From Alphaproteobacteria bacterium (GTDB taxonomy: Bacteria > Pseudomonadota > Alphaproteobacteria > Bin95), in NCBI GenBank assembly GCA_963665325.3, contig CAXXWS020000002.1, positions 1,056,001-1,120,000 of the forward strand: a stretch of DNA of 64,000 nt, in the 5' to 3' direction. Below, one piece after another: positions 39,611 to 53,597 of this stretch. Below the pieces are notes generated by a model. The model was not told the origin of the DNA. It saw only the letters and a list, made by a program, of their open reading frames with translations, and made no database searches. The stretch's first letter is position 1; every line of letters starts with the position of its first letter. Position numbers and translations under genes: made by a program.

Positions 39611-41245
39611 TCACGACCGGTCGCCGGCCGGCTCTTCGCCGACGGGCTCGTCTTCTTCGCTAACAGGTTCGTCGTCGAACCAATGAGCGCGGGCCGCCAT
39701 GATCATCGCGTCCGCGGTATCGACATCGAGGATGCTCGCCGCGAGGCCGGCTTCCAGAGTCTCCTGATCGATCTCCGCGATCGCGTCCAGGTCGCGACGC
39801 TCGTGCATCGGGCTCGCGATAAAGCGCAATTCGTCGCTCGAGAGGTCGGCGAAATCGTCGAGTGTCAGAACGCCCGCATGTCCGAGCGCCACCACGATAT
39901 GGCCGTTCAGGCCTTCGACTTCCGCGAGATCGTCCGCAACGCCGAGTTCGATGCGTTCGCCGTCCAGCCGCGCCGCCTGCTGTTCGAGGAAGTCCTGCGC
40001 GCGTCGTTGCAATTCTTCGGCGATCTCCTCATCGAAGCCCTCAATATCCATCAGGTCTTCGATGCCGACATAAGCGACTTCCTCAAGAGTCGTGAAGCCT
40101 TCTGTGACGAGTAGTTGCGCAATAACCTCATCGACGTCGAGCGCGTCGATGAACAGCACCGAACGCTGTCGCATTTCCTCCTGGCGGCGCTCCGATTCCT
40201 CAGCTTCGGTAAGAATATCGATAGACCAGCCCGTCAGCTGACTCGCGAGGCGGACGTTCTGGCCGCGTCGACCGATCGCCTGGCTCAACTGGTCATCGGG
40301 CACGACGACCTCGATACGTCCGTCCTCCTCGTCGAGCACGACCTTCACCACCTCGGCCGGGGCAAGCGCATTGACGATGAAGGTCGCCGGGTCCTCGGAC
40401 CATGGAATGATGTCGATCTTTTCGCCGTGGAGCTCGCTAACCACCGCCTGGACGCGGCTGCCGCGCATGCCGACGCAGGCGCCTACGGGGTCGATGCCAG
40501 GGTCGTTGGAGATTACGGCGATCTTGGCGCGGCTGCCAGGATCGCGGGCCACGGCGCGTATTTCGATGATGCTGTCATAGATCTCCGGCACCTCCTGGGC
40601 GAACAGTCGCACCAGGAACTCGTTGCGCGTGCGCGACAAGAATATTTGCGGGCCCCGCGTCTCTTCCCGAACCTCGTGGATCAGGGCGCGGACGCGCTCA
40701 TTGCGCCGCGGATGCTCACGCGGAATGATCTCGTCCCTGCGCAGCACCGCCTCGGCCTGGCCGAGGTCCACGACCACATGGCCGAACTCGTTGCGCTTGA
40801 CCAAGCCGTTTACGATCTCGCCGACCCGTCCGACGAACTCCCGATATTGCCGAGCCCGCTCCGCTTCGCGCACTTTCTGGACGATGACCTGCTTTGCAGA
40901 CTGGGCGGCGACACGGCCGAAATCGATTGGCGGCAAATCGTCGACCAGCATATCCCCGACCTTCGCGGAAGCGCTGTAGCGCTGCGCGTGGGTCAGGGGC
41001 AGTTGGGCAAACTCGTCTTCGATTTCCGCACTGTCCTCCACCACTTCCCGGTAGCGCGCCAACCGGATGTCTCCGGTCTTGCGGTCGATCGAGGCGCGAA
41101 TATCGTGCTCCAGGCCGTATTTGGACCGTCCTGCCCGCTGGATTGCCTGCTCCACGGCAACGATGACCTCGTCGCGGTCGATGCCTTTTTCACGCGCCGC
41201 GCTATCCGCAATTTGCAGCAGTTCGGGCCCGAGGATGTTCACCAT
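39611..41245 (-). CDS. nusA: Transcription termination factor NusA
   Basis: [41 protein letters not shown]. Confidence 0.98.
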   Translation of the reverse strand: MVNILGPELLQIADSAAREKGIDRDEVIVAVEQAIQRAGRSKYGLEHDIRASIDRKTGDIRLARYREVVEDSAEIEDEFAQLPLTHAQRYSASAKVGDMLVDDLPPIDFGRVAAQSAKQVIVQKVREAERARQYREFVGRVGEIVNGLVKRNEFGHVVVDLGQAEAVLRRDEIIPREHPRRNERVRALIHEVREETRGPQIFLSRTRNEFLVRLFAQEVPEIYDSIIEIRAVARDPGSRAKIAVISNDPGIDPVGACVGMRGSRVQAVVSELHGEKIDIIPWSEDPATFIVNALAPAEVVKVVLDEEDGRIEVVVPDDQLSQAIGRRGQNVRLASQLTGWSIDILTEAEESERRQEEMRQRSVLFIDALDVDEVIAQLLVTEGFTTLEEVAYVGIEDLMDIEGFDEEIAEELQRRAQDFLEQQAARLDGERIELGVADDLAEVEGLNGHIVVALGHAGVLTLDDFADLSSDELRFIASPMHERRDLDAIAEIDQETLEAGLAASILDVDTADAMIMAARAHWFDDEPVSEEDEPVGEEPAGDRS

Positions 41246-41266
41246 GGCGGGGTCGCCTCCGCTTTC

Positions 41267-41734
41267 CTAGATTGCGCCGGCGGCTGCGGCCGCCAGCAAT
41301 GCATCGGTCATCAGCAATTTCGCCGACTTGACGGCCGCCAGAGGTAATTCCGCCTCGCCCTGTTCCGTCTGCAACCGCAGGGTTCCGCCTTCCAGGCCCT
41401 CCAGCCGGCCGCGGAACCGGCGCTGGCCGGCCATGTCGTCTTCGAGCTCGACTCGGGCCTCGAACCCGGCAAAGCGCTCGAAATCGGCCGAGCGGGTGAG
41501 CGGGCGGTCGATTCCGGGGGAGCTCACCTCCAGCGAATAGGCCTGCAGAATCGGGTCCTCGACATCCAGCAGCGCCGACAGCGTCCTGCTTGCCTCGGCA
41601 CAATGGTCCACGGTCATGCCGCTCCGGTCATGCCGCTCCACCATGATCTGCAGCACCGGATCGGCGCCTCCGAACCGGACGCGCACGAGGTCGTAGCCCA
41701 GCCCCTCCAGGGCGGGCGCCACGAGGTCGGCCAC
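41267..41734 (-). CDS. rimP: Ribosome maturation factor RimP (start uncertain, may extend ~10 codons upstream)
   Basis: LDVEDPI...YSLEVSSPGIDRPL. Confidence 0.93.
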   Translation of the reverse strand: MADLVAPALEGLGYDLVRVRFGGADPVLQIMVERHDRSGMTVDHCAEASRTLSALLDVEDPILQAYSLEVSSPGIDRPLTRSADFERFAGFEARVELEDDMAGQRRFRGRLEGLEGGTLRLQTEQGEAELPLAAVKSAKLLMTDALLAAAAAGAI

Positions 41735-41789
41735 GCGCTGCGTGGCGGCACTGTCGGCAACGGTTACGGCCGTCGGTCTTCTCCCAACG

Positions 41790-41814
41790 AAAAAAAGGCG
41801 GCCCGAAGCCCCCG
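41790..41814 (-). promoter_or_regulatory. Weak hairpin plus U7 tract upstream of rimP (leader/attenuator-like)
   Basis: Minus strand CGGGGGCTTCGGGCCGCCTTTTTTT at the position where rimP leaders occur; imperfect stem. Confidence 0.3.
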
Positions 41815-41885
41815 ATTCGCTTCCCACTGTCAAGAATGAGCAGCCCGCATCCGCAGACAAGCAGGCAAGCGCGCAGACTATAGCG

Positions 41886-42583
41886 TCAGGCAAGGGAAAC
41901 CGCAACGCTGTCGTGGCGGGCGAAGCGCAGATAGGTCGATTTGACGCCCGCGGCGCGCGCCTTGGCTTCATAGCGCGTTTCCGGCCAGTCGGCGGGGCGT
42001 TGCCGCCAGTCGTCGGCGCATGCTGCCGTCCAGGCGAATGCGCCGTGCGAGGTCAACTGCTCCAGCATCCGGTCGAGATAGTCGTCATGGTCCGTCGCCA
42101 GGCGGAGTTCCGCGCCCGCCCGCATGGTCCGCGCGAGCCGGTCCAGCATCGGGGGCGCGACGATGCGTCTGTGGCGATGCCTTGCCTTCGGCCACGGGTC
42201 CGGGAACAGGATGAACACGCGTCCCAACACCATGCCGGGCAGCCGGTCCAGCACCGCCGTTGCGTCGTCGCAGTGAATGCGGATGTTCTCGAGGCCTTCC
42301 GCTTCGATACGCGCCGCCAGGCTCGCGACCCCGTTGATGTAGGGTTCGGCGCCGATGAACCCGGTGCGCGGGTAGCGCGCCGCCTGCCAGGCGAGATGCT
42401 CGCCCGCCCCGAATCCAATTTCGAGCCACAGGTCCTCAATGTTGAAACCGAACAGTGCCGGCGGATCGAGCGGCCCGTCCGGCAGCAGCAAGGCAGGAAG
42501 AACCGCATCCAGGGCCCGACGGCGCCCCGGGTTCAGGGGCCGGCCGCGCCGCCTGCCGTAGAAGCGGTAGTCGGTCGGTTCGT

Positions 42584-42587
<4 letters not shown>
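41886..42587 (-). CDS. trmB: tRNA (guanine-N7)-methyltransferase
   Basis: [37 protein letters not shown]; TTG start overlaps the metK stop. Confidence 0.95.
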
Positions 42588-43768
<1,181 letters not shown>

Positions 43769-43857
43769 GGGGCAGGCGCTCCCTGATTACGGCATAGCGC
43801 AGGCCCGCCGTACGATGCGGGCTGATGGCCCGTTGTCGCAAGCCGGAACCGGGAGGG

Positions 43858-45357
43858 TCAAGTGTATTGGCGTCGCATGGCCCTGCCGCGCCAGGCGGCG
43901 AGAGCGGCGAGGAGAACGACGCCCACGAGGAAGGGCAGGTCGCCCAGGCGGCTGTAAGTCGTTTCCACGAGCGGGGCAGGCAGTTGGATGTCAAGGCTGC
44001 CCGCCCTGCCGAGCCCGAGCCTACCCAGCCGCCGGCCGTATCCGTCCACTGCGCCGGTGATGCCGGTGTTGGCGACGCGCACGACCGGCAATCCCGTCTC
44101 GATGGCGCGCATCCGCACGATCTCGAAATGCTGGTGCGGTCCGGCGGTTTCGCCGAACCAGGCGTCGTTGGTGAGGTTCAGCAGCCAGTCCGGTCTATCG
44201 TTGGCGGCAACGACCTCACCCGGAAAGATCGCCTCGAAACAGATGAGCGCGCCGAACGGCGGAAGGCCGGGCAGGGTGAGCGTCGACGGACCGGGGCCGG
44301 CCGCAAAGTCGTTCCGCCCGACCGTCAGCTTGATTGCGCCCAACAGGCCGCGCAGCGGCACATATTCGCCGAAAGGCACGAGGTGCGCCTTGTCGTGACG
44401 CCCCTGCAGCCGGCCCTCGCGGTCTATCGCAAGGATGCTGTTGTAGAAGCGTCCGTCCTTCCGCCATGGCGCGCCCGAGATCAAGCCTCGGCGGCTCTGC
44501 GCGCTGCGCCCGAGTGCCTCGACAAGCGGCGATTCGGACTGCAACAGTCGGGCGACCGCCGTTTCCGGCCAGATCACGGCGTCGGGCTCGGGATCCGCCG
44601 CGCCGAGACGTACCAAGTGCTGCAAATGAGCGGCGGCCTCCTTGCGGCGCCACTTCTCGGATTGCGGGATGTTGGGTTGGACGAGACGCAGCAGCGGCCC
44701 GCTTGCGACTCCGGCTTCCGGAGCGCGGCCGAGGCGAGCTTCGCCGTAAGCGACCATCGTCGCGAGCGCCAATGCCGCTGCCGTCCAGGCGCGCCAGTCG
44801 GCAACAGACAGCAGAAGGCTGACCACCAGCGTCGCCAGCCCGACCCCGTAGATGCCGACGGTTGCCGCCGCCTGTTCGACCGCCGGCACATGCAGCCAGG
44901 CATATCCGAACAGGTTCCACGGAAAGCCGGTGAGCAGGTGGCCGCGCAGCCAGTCGCCGAGCCCGAGCGCGGCCGCCAGCGCCAGCGCCCGCCCGACGCC
45001 GGGCTGCGTCAGGCTATGCGCGAGCGCAACGGGAAGAGCCAGAAAGCAGGAGAGCAGTCCGGCGAGGCCGAGAACGGCCACCGGTCCGCCCGCGGCCGTG
45101 GCGCCGCCGACCGTGAAGAAGGACCCGGCAACCCAGTAAAGGCCGGCGGCGAAGAACCCGAACGCGAAGGCGTAGGCGGTCAGGAACGCGGTACGGAACC
45201 GCGCTGTCCCGTCCAGCAGCCAGGCAAACGCAACAAGACCGGCAGCCAGGGCGGGCGTCGCTCCCAGCGGCGGCATGGCCAGCGTGGCGCCGATGCCTGC
45301 CGCCGTTGCGGCGAGAAGCCGGTTCCGGCCCGCCAGACCGGCGAGCCGCGCCCTCAT
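43858..45357 (-). CDS. lnt: Apolipoprotein N-acyltransferase
   Basis: GFPWN, VQPNI, WPE, KAHLVPFGEY, ICFE, TNDAWF. Confidence 0.95.
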   Translation of the reverse strand: MRARLAGLAGRNRLLAATAAGIGATLAMPPLGATPALAAGLVAFAWLLDGTARFRTAFLTAYAFAFGFFAAGLYWVAGSFFTVGGATAAGGPVAVLGLAGLLSCFLALPVALAHSLTQPGVGRALALAAALGLGDWLRGHLLTGFPWNLFGYAWLHVPAVEQAAATVGIYGVGLATLVVSLLLSVADWRAWTAAALALATMVAYGEARLGRAPEAGVASGPLLRLVQPNIPQSEKWRRKEAAAHLQHLVRLGAADPEPDAVIWPETAVARLLQSESPLVEALGRSAQSRRGLISGAPWRKDGRFYNSILAIDREGRLQGRHDKAHLVPFGEYVPLRGLLGAIKLTVGRNDFAAGPGPSTLTLPGLPPFGALICFEAIFPGEVVAANDRPDWLLNLTNDAWFGETAGPHQHFEIVRMRAIETGLPVVRVANTGITGAVDGYGRRLGRLGLGRAGSLDIQLPAPLVETTYSRLGDLPFLVGVVLLAALAAWRGRAMRRQYT

Positions 45358-46223
45358 CCGGCCGCCGGCAGATTGCGCACCCGCAGCCGCTTCAGCCGGC
45401 GCGGATCGCCGTCCAGCACCTCGAATTCCAGACCCGACGGATGCGACACCAATTCTCCCCGGCTCGGGACCCGTCCGACCAGGTTGAAGACCAGCCCGCC
45501 AAGCGTGTCGATGTCTTCGCGCTCGTCGTCGGACAGCACCTCGCCGACTGCGGCCTCGAAGTCTTCCAGCGTCGCCCGTGCGTCCGCGACCAGCGTGCCG
45601 TCGGGCCGGGTATCCAATTGCGGCGATTCCGCAATATCGTGCTCGTCCTCGATATCGCCGACGATTTCCTCGACAAGGTCCTCGATGGTCGCCAGACCGT
45701 CGACACCGCCGAACTCATCGACAACCAGGGCCATATGCGTGCGATTCAGCCGCATATCGAGCAACAGGTCGAGAACCAGCATCGCCGGCGAAACGAACAG
45801 GACCTCGCGCGCCAGTTCCTTCGGTGACGGCGTGTCGGGCTTGCCGATATGGGCCAGCACGTCCTTCACGTGAATCATCCCGACTATCTGGTCGAGGTCC
45901 TTCTCGAACACCGGCAGGCGCGAATGGCGCGATTGCTCGACCGCCGCGACGACCTCATCGAGCGGCGCGGCGGCAGAGACGGCAACGATGTCCGCACGCG
46001 GCACCATCACGTCCTCGACCGTCATGCGGCGCAGCTTAAGCGTGTTTTCGAGCAGGAACCGCTCTAGCGGGTCTATCGGCGTTGCGTCCTCGTTATGTTG
46101 TGCGGCGAGGTTCGACAGGGTCTCGCTGATGGAGCCCTCATTGCTTCGCCTGCCGGCAAGCCGGCGCCAGAGCGCGCGGAGGCGGCCGCCATTGCCGTTC
46201 GATGTATGAGCCGGCGTGTCCAC
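45354..46223 (-). CDS. corC: CBS/CorC-HlyC domain protein (Mg/Co efflux family)
   Basis: MVPRAD, HSRLPV, VVDEFGG..GL.TIED..EEIVGDIEDEHD. Confidence 0.88.
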   Translation of the reverse strand: MDTPAHTSNGNGGRLRALWRRLAGRRSNEGSISETLSNLAAQHNEDATPIDPLERFLLENTLKLRRMTVEDVMVPRADIVAVSAAAPLDEVVAAVEQSRHSRLPVFEKDLDQIVGMIHVKDVLAHIGKPDTPSPKELAREVLFVSPAMLVLDLLLDMRLNRTHMALVVDEFGGVDGLATIEDLVEEIVGDIEDEHDIAESPQLDTRPDGTLVADARATLEDFEAAVGEVLSDDEREDIDTLGGLVFNLVGRVPSRGELVSHPSGLEFEVLDGDPRRLKRLRVRNLPAAG

Positions 46224-46229
46224 TGCCCG

Positions 46230-46706
46230 TCAGCCCTGTTCCCTGTATGGGTCGGCTATCGACAGCGTTTCGAGGCAGCGCACCTCCAGCTGCTCCATCC
46301 GGCAGGCTTCCTCGTCCGTCTCATGGTCGAAACCGAGGAGATGGAGCGTCCCGTGGACCACCAGGTGGCATAGATGGTCGTGCAGGGTTTTCTGCTGTTC
46401 GAGCGCTTCGCGCCTGACAGTCTCGCCGGCAAGCGCTATCTCGCCGAGCGGTGGCGGTCCGCCCGGCCAAGGCGCGCCGCCGGAAGGAAAGGAGAGCACA
46501 TTCGTTGGCCGATCGAGGCCGCGAAATCGGCGATTCAACTCGCGAATCTCGGCGTCGCTCCCCAGCAGTACGGAGAGTCCCGCCGGACGGGTGCACCCGG
46601 CGCCGGTCAGGGCCGCACATGCCGCACGGCTACACCAATCGGCTGCCTCTTCGCCGTCCGGCCATTCGCCCTCGTCAAGCGATACCTCGACGGTCCACTT
46701 ATTCAT
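46230..46706 (-). CDS. ybeY: Endoribonuclease YbeY
   Basis: PTNVLSFP, HGTLHLLGFDH. Confidence 0.95.
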   Translation of the reverse strand: MNKWTVEVSLDEGEWPDGEEAADWCSRAACAALTGAGCTRPAGLSVLLGSDAEIRELNRRFRGLDRPTNVLSFPSGGAPWPGGPPPLGEIALAGETVRREALEQQKTLHDHLCHLVVHGTLHLLGFDHETDEEACRMEQLEVRCLETLSIADPYREQG

Positions 46707-47675
46707 CGCGGCGCGCCTTTGCGGCGGCGTCATAGGCATCGACGATGCGTGTCACCACCGAATGGCGGACGACATCGCGAGAGTTGAAACGGACTACGCC
46801 GACACCGTCCACCCCCTCCAGCACATCGAGCGCCTCGGACAGGCCGGAGCGCACTCCGCCCGGCAGATCGACCTGGGACAGGTCGCCCGTCACCACCATC
46901 CGCGAGCCCTCGCCCAGGCGGGTCAGGAACATCTTCATCTGGGTAGGTGTCGTGTTCTGCGCTTCGTCGAGGATAACGAAGGCCCGCGCCAGAGTACGCC
47001 CTCGCATGAAAGCGAGGGGCGCAATCTCAATCTCGCCATTGCTGATCTGGCGCATCACCCGGTCGCCGGACACCATGTCGTGCAACGCATCGTAAAGCGG
47101 GCGAAGGTAAGGATCGACCTTTTCGCGGAGGTCGCCGGGAAGGAAACCGAGGCGCTCGCCCGCCTCCACCGCCGGGCGCGACAACACGATTCGTTCGACT
47201 TCTCCGGCCGTCTGCATCGAAACCGCCGCTGCCACGGCCAGATAAGTCTTGCCGGTGCCGGCCGGGCCGACGCCGAAGACGACATCGCGTTCGCGAATCG
47301 TCTTCAGGTAGAGCGCCTGGTTAGGCGAACGCGGAGCAATGTGGCGTCGCCGGGTCTCGACGGTTTCGCTGTCGATCCCGAACAGGTCACCATTCGCGCC
47401 CGGCAGTTTCGCAATGCCGGCGACTTCCGCCAGTCGCGCCGCGCCATCCACTTCGCCCGGATCGATCTCCAGCCCCCGCCGCGCGCGGTCGTAAAGCAGG
47501 TCCATGGCCGACCGCGCCGCCGCCACGGCGCTTTCGGGTCCGGCGATAGCCAGTTCGTTGCCGCGTGCGCGCATCGAGACGCCGAATTTCTGTTCCAGGC
47601 GCGCCAGGTTGCGGTCGTGCGCCCCGTAAAGGGCAGGCAAGAGGCTGTTGTCGTCGAACTGAAGTCGCGCTTCGC

Positions 47676-47679
<4 letters not shown>
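46699..47679 (-). CDS. phoH: PhoH-family ATPase (YbeZ-like)
   Basis: [34 protein letters not shown]. Confidence 0.93.
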
Positions 47680-49034
<1,355 letters not shown>

Positions 49035-49069
49035 CGGTGACTCCGAAGCTAGCATTCCGCGAAGGCGCG

Positions 49070-49864
49070 TCAACCGCTTGCGATGCGGCCGGCCAGGGCC
49101 TGCTCGACGCCGCCGGCGACCTTGCCGTGGCATATGTGGGCCATTTCGCGCCGGTCCGCGAACTCTGCATAGCTGGTCGGTTCGTGCAATATGACATCCA
49201 CCGATATCCGCCCAAGCCCCAGAGCGATCCAGATATGCCCCGCCATACCCATGTCGCCATACCAGGCGATGCGCGGCATATGCGCCCGGCCGGTGGGCAG
49301 CCCGTCTATGGCCGAATAGGCAATGGATACCGGTTGCACCACCAGCGGCTTGCCGCCGACCTTGCGCTCGGCAACGCTGAACAGGGCGCTCTTGAACGGC
49401 AGCACCCTGATGCCGTCGCTCGATGTTCCTTCCGGGAAGAGGATCAGGTTGTCGCCGCTCTCGAGACGTATCTGCATCGCATCGCGCTGGCCGGCCGTCG
49501 ATCGCGGCCGCCGGTCCACGAACACGCTTCTCTGCAGTTTGGCGAGCTGGCCGAAGAAGGGCCAGCCGGAAACCTCCGACTTCGCGACGAATGAGGCCGG
49601 CAGCGTTGCGCCCAGGGTGACGATATCGAGATAGGTGACATGGTTGCAGACGAACAATGTCGGTCGCGCCTTGCTCAATGTGCCGTGCGTTCTGAGGTCG
49701 AAGCCAAGTATTCCCGCGCAGCGCCGGTGATAGGACAGAGGGAGGCTGACGGCGAGCGGGCGCCTCAGGAGCACGGCCAAGGCCTGCACCGGCATTAGCG
49801 GGAGCGTGTAAAGGACGTAGGCCAGAAGGCGCCCAAAGGCGCGCAGCGGCGAGTGGCGGATCAC
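49070..49864 (-). CDS. Lysophospholipid acyltransferase, probable OlsA
   Basis: NHVTYLD, FVAK.EV..WP, FPEGT; translationally coupled to the OlsB-like gene. Confidence 0.85.
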   Translation of the reverse strand: MIRHSPLRAFGRLLAYVLYTLPLMPVQALAVLLRRPLAVSLPLSYHRRCAGILGFDLRTHGTLSKARPTLFVCNHVTYLDIVTLGATLPASFVAKSEVSGWPFFGQLAKLQRSVFVDRRPRSTAGQRDAMQIRLESGDNLILFPEGTSSDGIRVLPFKSALFSVAERKVGGKPLVVQPVSIAYSAIDGLPTGRAHMPRIAWYGDMGMAGHIWIALGLGRISVDVILHEPTSYAEFADRREMAHICHGKVAGGVEQALAGRIASG

Positions 49865-50802
49865 GAGGCCAGCGCCTCCCGTGTGAACTCGCCGTCGCGG
49901 CTGTAGCGGCGCAAATAACGGTCGGTCACGCCGTCCGGGCGCACCACGATGCATACATCCACCGTGTCGAACTCGCTGTCGATCACCGCTCCGTCGCCGA
50001 CGCCGCCGCCAATACGCAGATAGCCCTTGATGAGCGGTGGCAGGGCGGCAAGCGCCTTCCTCTTGTCGACATCCTCGCGGGCCAGCCGCCGCATCTCGAC
50101 ATGGCGCGGGCGCAGCGCCTTGGGCCGGAGCGCGAGAGGCGCAAGATGTTCGTAATACAGGTAGGAGAGCGGCAAGGCATGGACCTCGGGGTCCGCGCCC
50201 GGAAAACTTCCGCAGCCGAACAGCAGCTTCACGTTATGGTGCATCACATAGCGCGCAATGCCGCGCCAGAGCATCTGCATGGTGTGGTGGCGGCGATAGT
50301 CCGGATGGACGCAGGAACGGCCGAGTTCCAGAATTTGCCGTCCGCCGCGCAACAGCTTGCGGATGTTGTATTCGTCCTGGGTGTAGAAGCGTCCGAGGCG
50401 GGCCGCCGCATCCCGCCGCATCAGCCGGTAGGTGCCGATGATGGCGGGCGGTCCGCTGCCGAGACGGCGGTCGAGCACGATGAGGTGGTCGCAATAGGGG
50501 TCGAATCGGTCGAAGTCCCGTTCCGCCGCCGCAATTGCCGGACTCGGTTGCGCTGTCATCTCTTCGTAGAAGACCTTGAAGCGCAGAGCCTGAGCGGCGT
50601 CGATATCTGCGTCCGTCTGGGCCAGACGAACGACGAGGTCGCCAGACTCGACGATAAAGGGACTGCGCTGGTTGACCGGAACTGCGCGCCGCCGGCGGGC
50701 CGTCGGGGGAAAGAACGGCACGATAAGGCCGCGCTTGCCGGGCGGTGTTACGCGCCGGCGCGGAACGACCCGACTGACCGCCTTTCTGACCTTTAGAGCC
50801 AC
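49861..50802 (-). CDS. GNAT-fold ornithine N-acyltransferase, probable OlsB (true start may be ~40 codons downstream)
   Basis: [41 protein letters not shown]. Confidence 0.85.
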   Translation of the reverse strand: MALKVRKAVSRVVPRRRVTPPGKRGLIVPFFPPTARRRRAVPVNQRSPFIVESGDLVVRLAQTDADIDAAQALRFKVFYEEMTAQPSPAIAAAERDFDRFDPYCDHLIVLDRRLGSGPPAIIGTYRLMRRDAAARLGRFYTQDEYNIRKLLRGGRQILELGRSCVHPDYRRHHTMQMLWRGIARYVMHHNVKLLFGCGSFPGADPEVHALPLSYLYYEHLAPLALRPKALRPRHVEMRRLAREDVDKRKALAALPPLIKGYLRIGGGVGDGAVIDSEFDTVDVCIVVRPDGVTDRYLRRYSRDGEFTREALAS

Positions 50803-50897
50803 CGCAACGCCTTTCTCTGAGTGGCCTCATGTTACTCTGCCCGGCGCAGCGCGCCTAGTATTGTCGCGCGTCTGTCGGCCCCGGGACCGCAACGGCA

Positions 50898-51314
50898 TCA
50901 ACTGCTGCGGGGGGTGCGCCGGCCGAGCCCGATCTTCTTGGCGAGCTCGCTGCGCTGGGCCGCATAGTTTGGCGCGACCATCGGATAGTCGGCGGGCAGG
51001 TTCCAGCGTTCGCGGTATTCGTCCGGCGTCATGTTGTAGGCCGTCTTGAGATGGCGGCGGAGCATCTTGAGCTTCTTGCCGTCCTCGAGACAGACAATGT
51101 GGTCCGGCATCACGGACCGGCGAACAGGAACGGCAGGGACCGGGCGCTCGGAGTGCGCCTGCGGTCGATCATTGAGGCTTGCAAGCGTGCCGTAGACCTG
51201 TCGAATGAGGTCCGGGAGGTCCGCGACCGAGACCGTATTGTTGGACACATGCGCCGAAACGATCCTCGACGTCTGTTCCAGCAGATTGCGCCGGCTTTGC
51301 GTCTCGTCGCTCAT
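50898..51314 (-). CDS. mucR: Ros/MucR-family transcriptional regulator
   Basis: IVSAHVSNN, PAVP, CLEDGKKLKML.RHL, YPMVAPNY. Confidence 0.95.
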   Translation of the reverse strand: MSDETQSRRNLLEQTSRIVSAHVSNNTVSVADLPDLIRQVYGTLASLNDRPQAHSERPVPAVPVRRSVMPDHIVCLEDGKKLKMLRRHLKTAYNMTPDEYRERWNLPADYPMVAPNYAAQRSELAKKIGLGRRTPRSS

Positions 51315-51661
51315 GTCGGGCAATCCCTGCCTCTTGTCGAACGGACAATCCCGAAACGGAATTAGGACACAGCCTCCGGCCGGCAAGAGCAGCCTTCCGT
51401 TTCCTCCGGTGTTTTTTCCGCCCGGAAGTCGCATCCGGGCGTCTGGGCTGTCGCATCGCGAATAGTGTCGGGCCGCCTCCTGGACGGATTCTCTTCCACG
51501 CATGGATGACCGGCGCTGACGGCGGACGGCCGGGTCGTTGCGGGAGAAGGGGTCGTCATGTCGCTGCTCGCCGGTTCCCGCTGTCCGTCCGTCCTTCCCG
51601 TCGCGTTCGCGCCGCCATGTCGTCCGGACCACAGATCACTCGCCCGAACGGAGGCCTGACA

Positions 51662-52753
51662 ATGGACGCCTACGCGATCATGCATGACGAATTGGATCTG
51701 GAAGTCCGATGGCCCGGTGGCGATTCGACACGCTTTCCGTGGATATGGATGCGCGTCAACGAGCCCGGCGCGTTCGACCCGGTCACGCGGGAGCGACGAT
51801 TCGATCTGGCCGGCGTAGCACCTGACATACGGCCAGAGAATGTCGAACTCGACGGCGAAACGCTGGTCGTCCGCTGGCCGGACAGCGAGGGCGCCAGCCA
51901 TGTGCCTATCGCCTGGCTGGAGGCCCGCCGGCCGGACGCGCCGGAGCCTGCCGATCCCGCGGCGATCGTTCCCGAGGTCTGGACCGCAACCCTCGCCGAG
52001 GAGCTTCCGCGCCATAAGGCGGATGGCGACCTCAAGGCGTTTCTGACCGACCTGAAGCGTTTCGGCCTGGCGCTGGTGGACGGGCTGGGCGAAGACCCGG
52101 AGGCAGGCCCCGCCTTCGGCGCGCGTATCGGTCCCATTCAGGAAACCTATTTCGGGCGCATCTTCGAGGTCCACACCCGCCCGAACCCCAACAGCCTTGC
52201 ATACACTGCCTATGCCCTGCCGCCGCATACGGACCTGCCCTATTTTGAGACCCCGCCGGGCGTCCAGTGTCTGCATTGCGTGCGCAACGCGGCGGAAGGC
52301 GGTGCCAGCCTGTTCGTGGACGGCTTCCGCGCTGCGGAACTCCTGCGCGAGGAAGCCCCGGCGGACTTCGACCTGCTCGCCGGGCGGCAGGTGCCGTTCC
52401 GCTTCATCGATGACATCGCGGATATTCGCCGGAGCCGCCCGGCGCTGACCCTCGACCGGGACGGTCGGTTGGTCGAGGTTGCGCTCAACCCGGCCACCGC
52501 GGACGAAATGCGGCTCGACGCCGACCCGGCGGAGACGCGCGCCTATTATGCCGCGTGGCGGCGGTTCATGATGATTACGCGCCGCGCCGAACTCACCATC
52601 CACATGCAGCTCGAACCGGGTGTCATGGTCGCCTTCGACAACCGCCGTGTGTTGCATGGGCGCGACGCCTTCGACCCCTCGACCGGGGAACGCTGGCTGC
52701 GCGGCTTCTACGTCGACTGGACGGATATCGACAGCCGGCTTCGCCGCCTGTAG
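51662..52753 (+). CDS. Gamma-butyrobetaine/trimethyllysine dioxygenase-like TauD-family enzyme
   Basis: N-terminal GBBH-like domain, LAYT..LPPHTDLPY, DGF, FDNRRVLHGR; GGAGG RBS (alternative start 51617). Confidence 0.85.
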   Translation: MDAYAIMHDELDLEVRWPGGDSTRFPWIWMRVNEPGAFDPVTRERRFDLAGVAPDIRPENVELDGETLVVRWPDSEGASHVPIAWLEARRPDAPEPADPAAIVPEVWTATLAEELPRHKADGDLKAFLTDLKRFGLALVDGLGEDPEAGPAFGARIGPIQETYFGRIFEVHTRPNPNSLAYTAYALPPHTDLPYFETPPGVQCLHCVRNAAEGGASLFVDGFRAAELLREEAPADFDLLAGRQVPFRFIDDIADIRRSRPALTLDRDGRLVEVALNPATADEMRLDADPAETRAYYAAWRRFMMITRRAELTIHMQLEPGVMVAFDNRRVLHGRDAFDPSTGERWLRGFYVDWTDIDSRLRRL

Positions 52754-52820
52754 CCCGGCTTTGCCGAAACGCTGAGGCTGGGGTTATTCTCCGCTGAACC
52801 TGACGAGGAGGCAGCGGGAT

Positions 52821-53597
52821 ATGGACAGTATGGCGGACGGCAGGCCGGTCGGGATGAGTGCCGAGGAATGGCAGGCGCGGTGTGATCTCGCCGCGGCCTA
52901 CCGGCTATGTGCGCTCTACGGGTGGACGGACCTCAACAACACCCACATTTCGGCACGTTTACCGGGTGCGGAGGATTCCTTCCTGTTGAATCCCTTTGGC
53001 ATTTTCTTCGAGGAGATCACGGCCTCCTCGCTGATCTTGGTGGACCGGGACGGGAATGTGCAGAGCGAGACGGGACACGGCGCCAATCTGGCCGGCTTCG
53101 TCATCCACGGCGCCATTCACACGGCCATGCCGCACCTGCATTTCGTCATGCACACTCATTCGCGATACGGCGTCGCAGTAGCGATGCAAGAGCACGGCCT
53201 GCTGCCGGTGAGTCAGAAGGCGCTCACCGTCATGGGCTGGCTCGGCTACCACGATTTCGAGGGTACGGCGACCGACAAGGGCGAGCGGCCGCGGATCGTG
53301 CGAGACCTCGGGGACCGACGGATCCTGATGCTGCGGAACCACGGCCTGCTGACGGTCGGCGAGACGATGGGCGAGGCGTTCGTGTGGATGTACCGGATCG
53401 AGACCGCGTGCCGCCACCAGATCGACGCCCAGTCCGGCGGCGCGCCACTGCGCGAAATCACACCGGCGACCCAGGAAAAGACGATCGCGACCGGAAAGTC
53501 GATGTACGGCCCCGGCGGTTTCATCGAGGTCGGCAAGGAATGGCCGGCCCTGCTGCGTCAACTGGAACGGGCGGGCATGGACGACTACCGGCGCTGA
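52821..53597 (+). CDS. Class II aldolase/adducin-family protein
   Basis: DLAAAYR, HISAR, GFVIHGAIH, HTHS, LRNHG. Confidence 0.9.
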   Translation: MDSMADGRPVGMSAEEWQARCDLAAAYRLCALYGWTDLNNTHISARLPGAEDSFLLNPFGIFFEEITASSLILVDRDGNVQSETGHGANLAGFVIHGAIHTAMPHLHFVMHTHSRYGVAVAMQEHGLLPVSQKALTVMGWLGYHDFEGTATDKGERPRIVRDLGDRRILMLRNHGLLTVGETMGEAFVWMYRIETACRHQIDAQSGGAPLREITPATQEKTIATGKSMYGPGGFIEVGKEWPALLRQLERAGMDDYRR

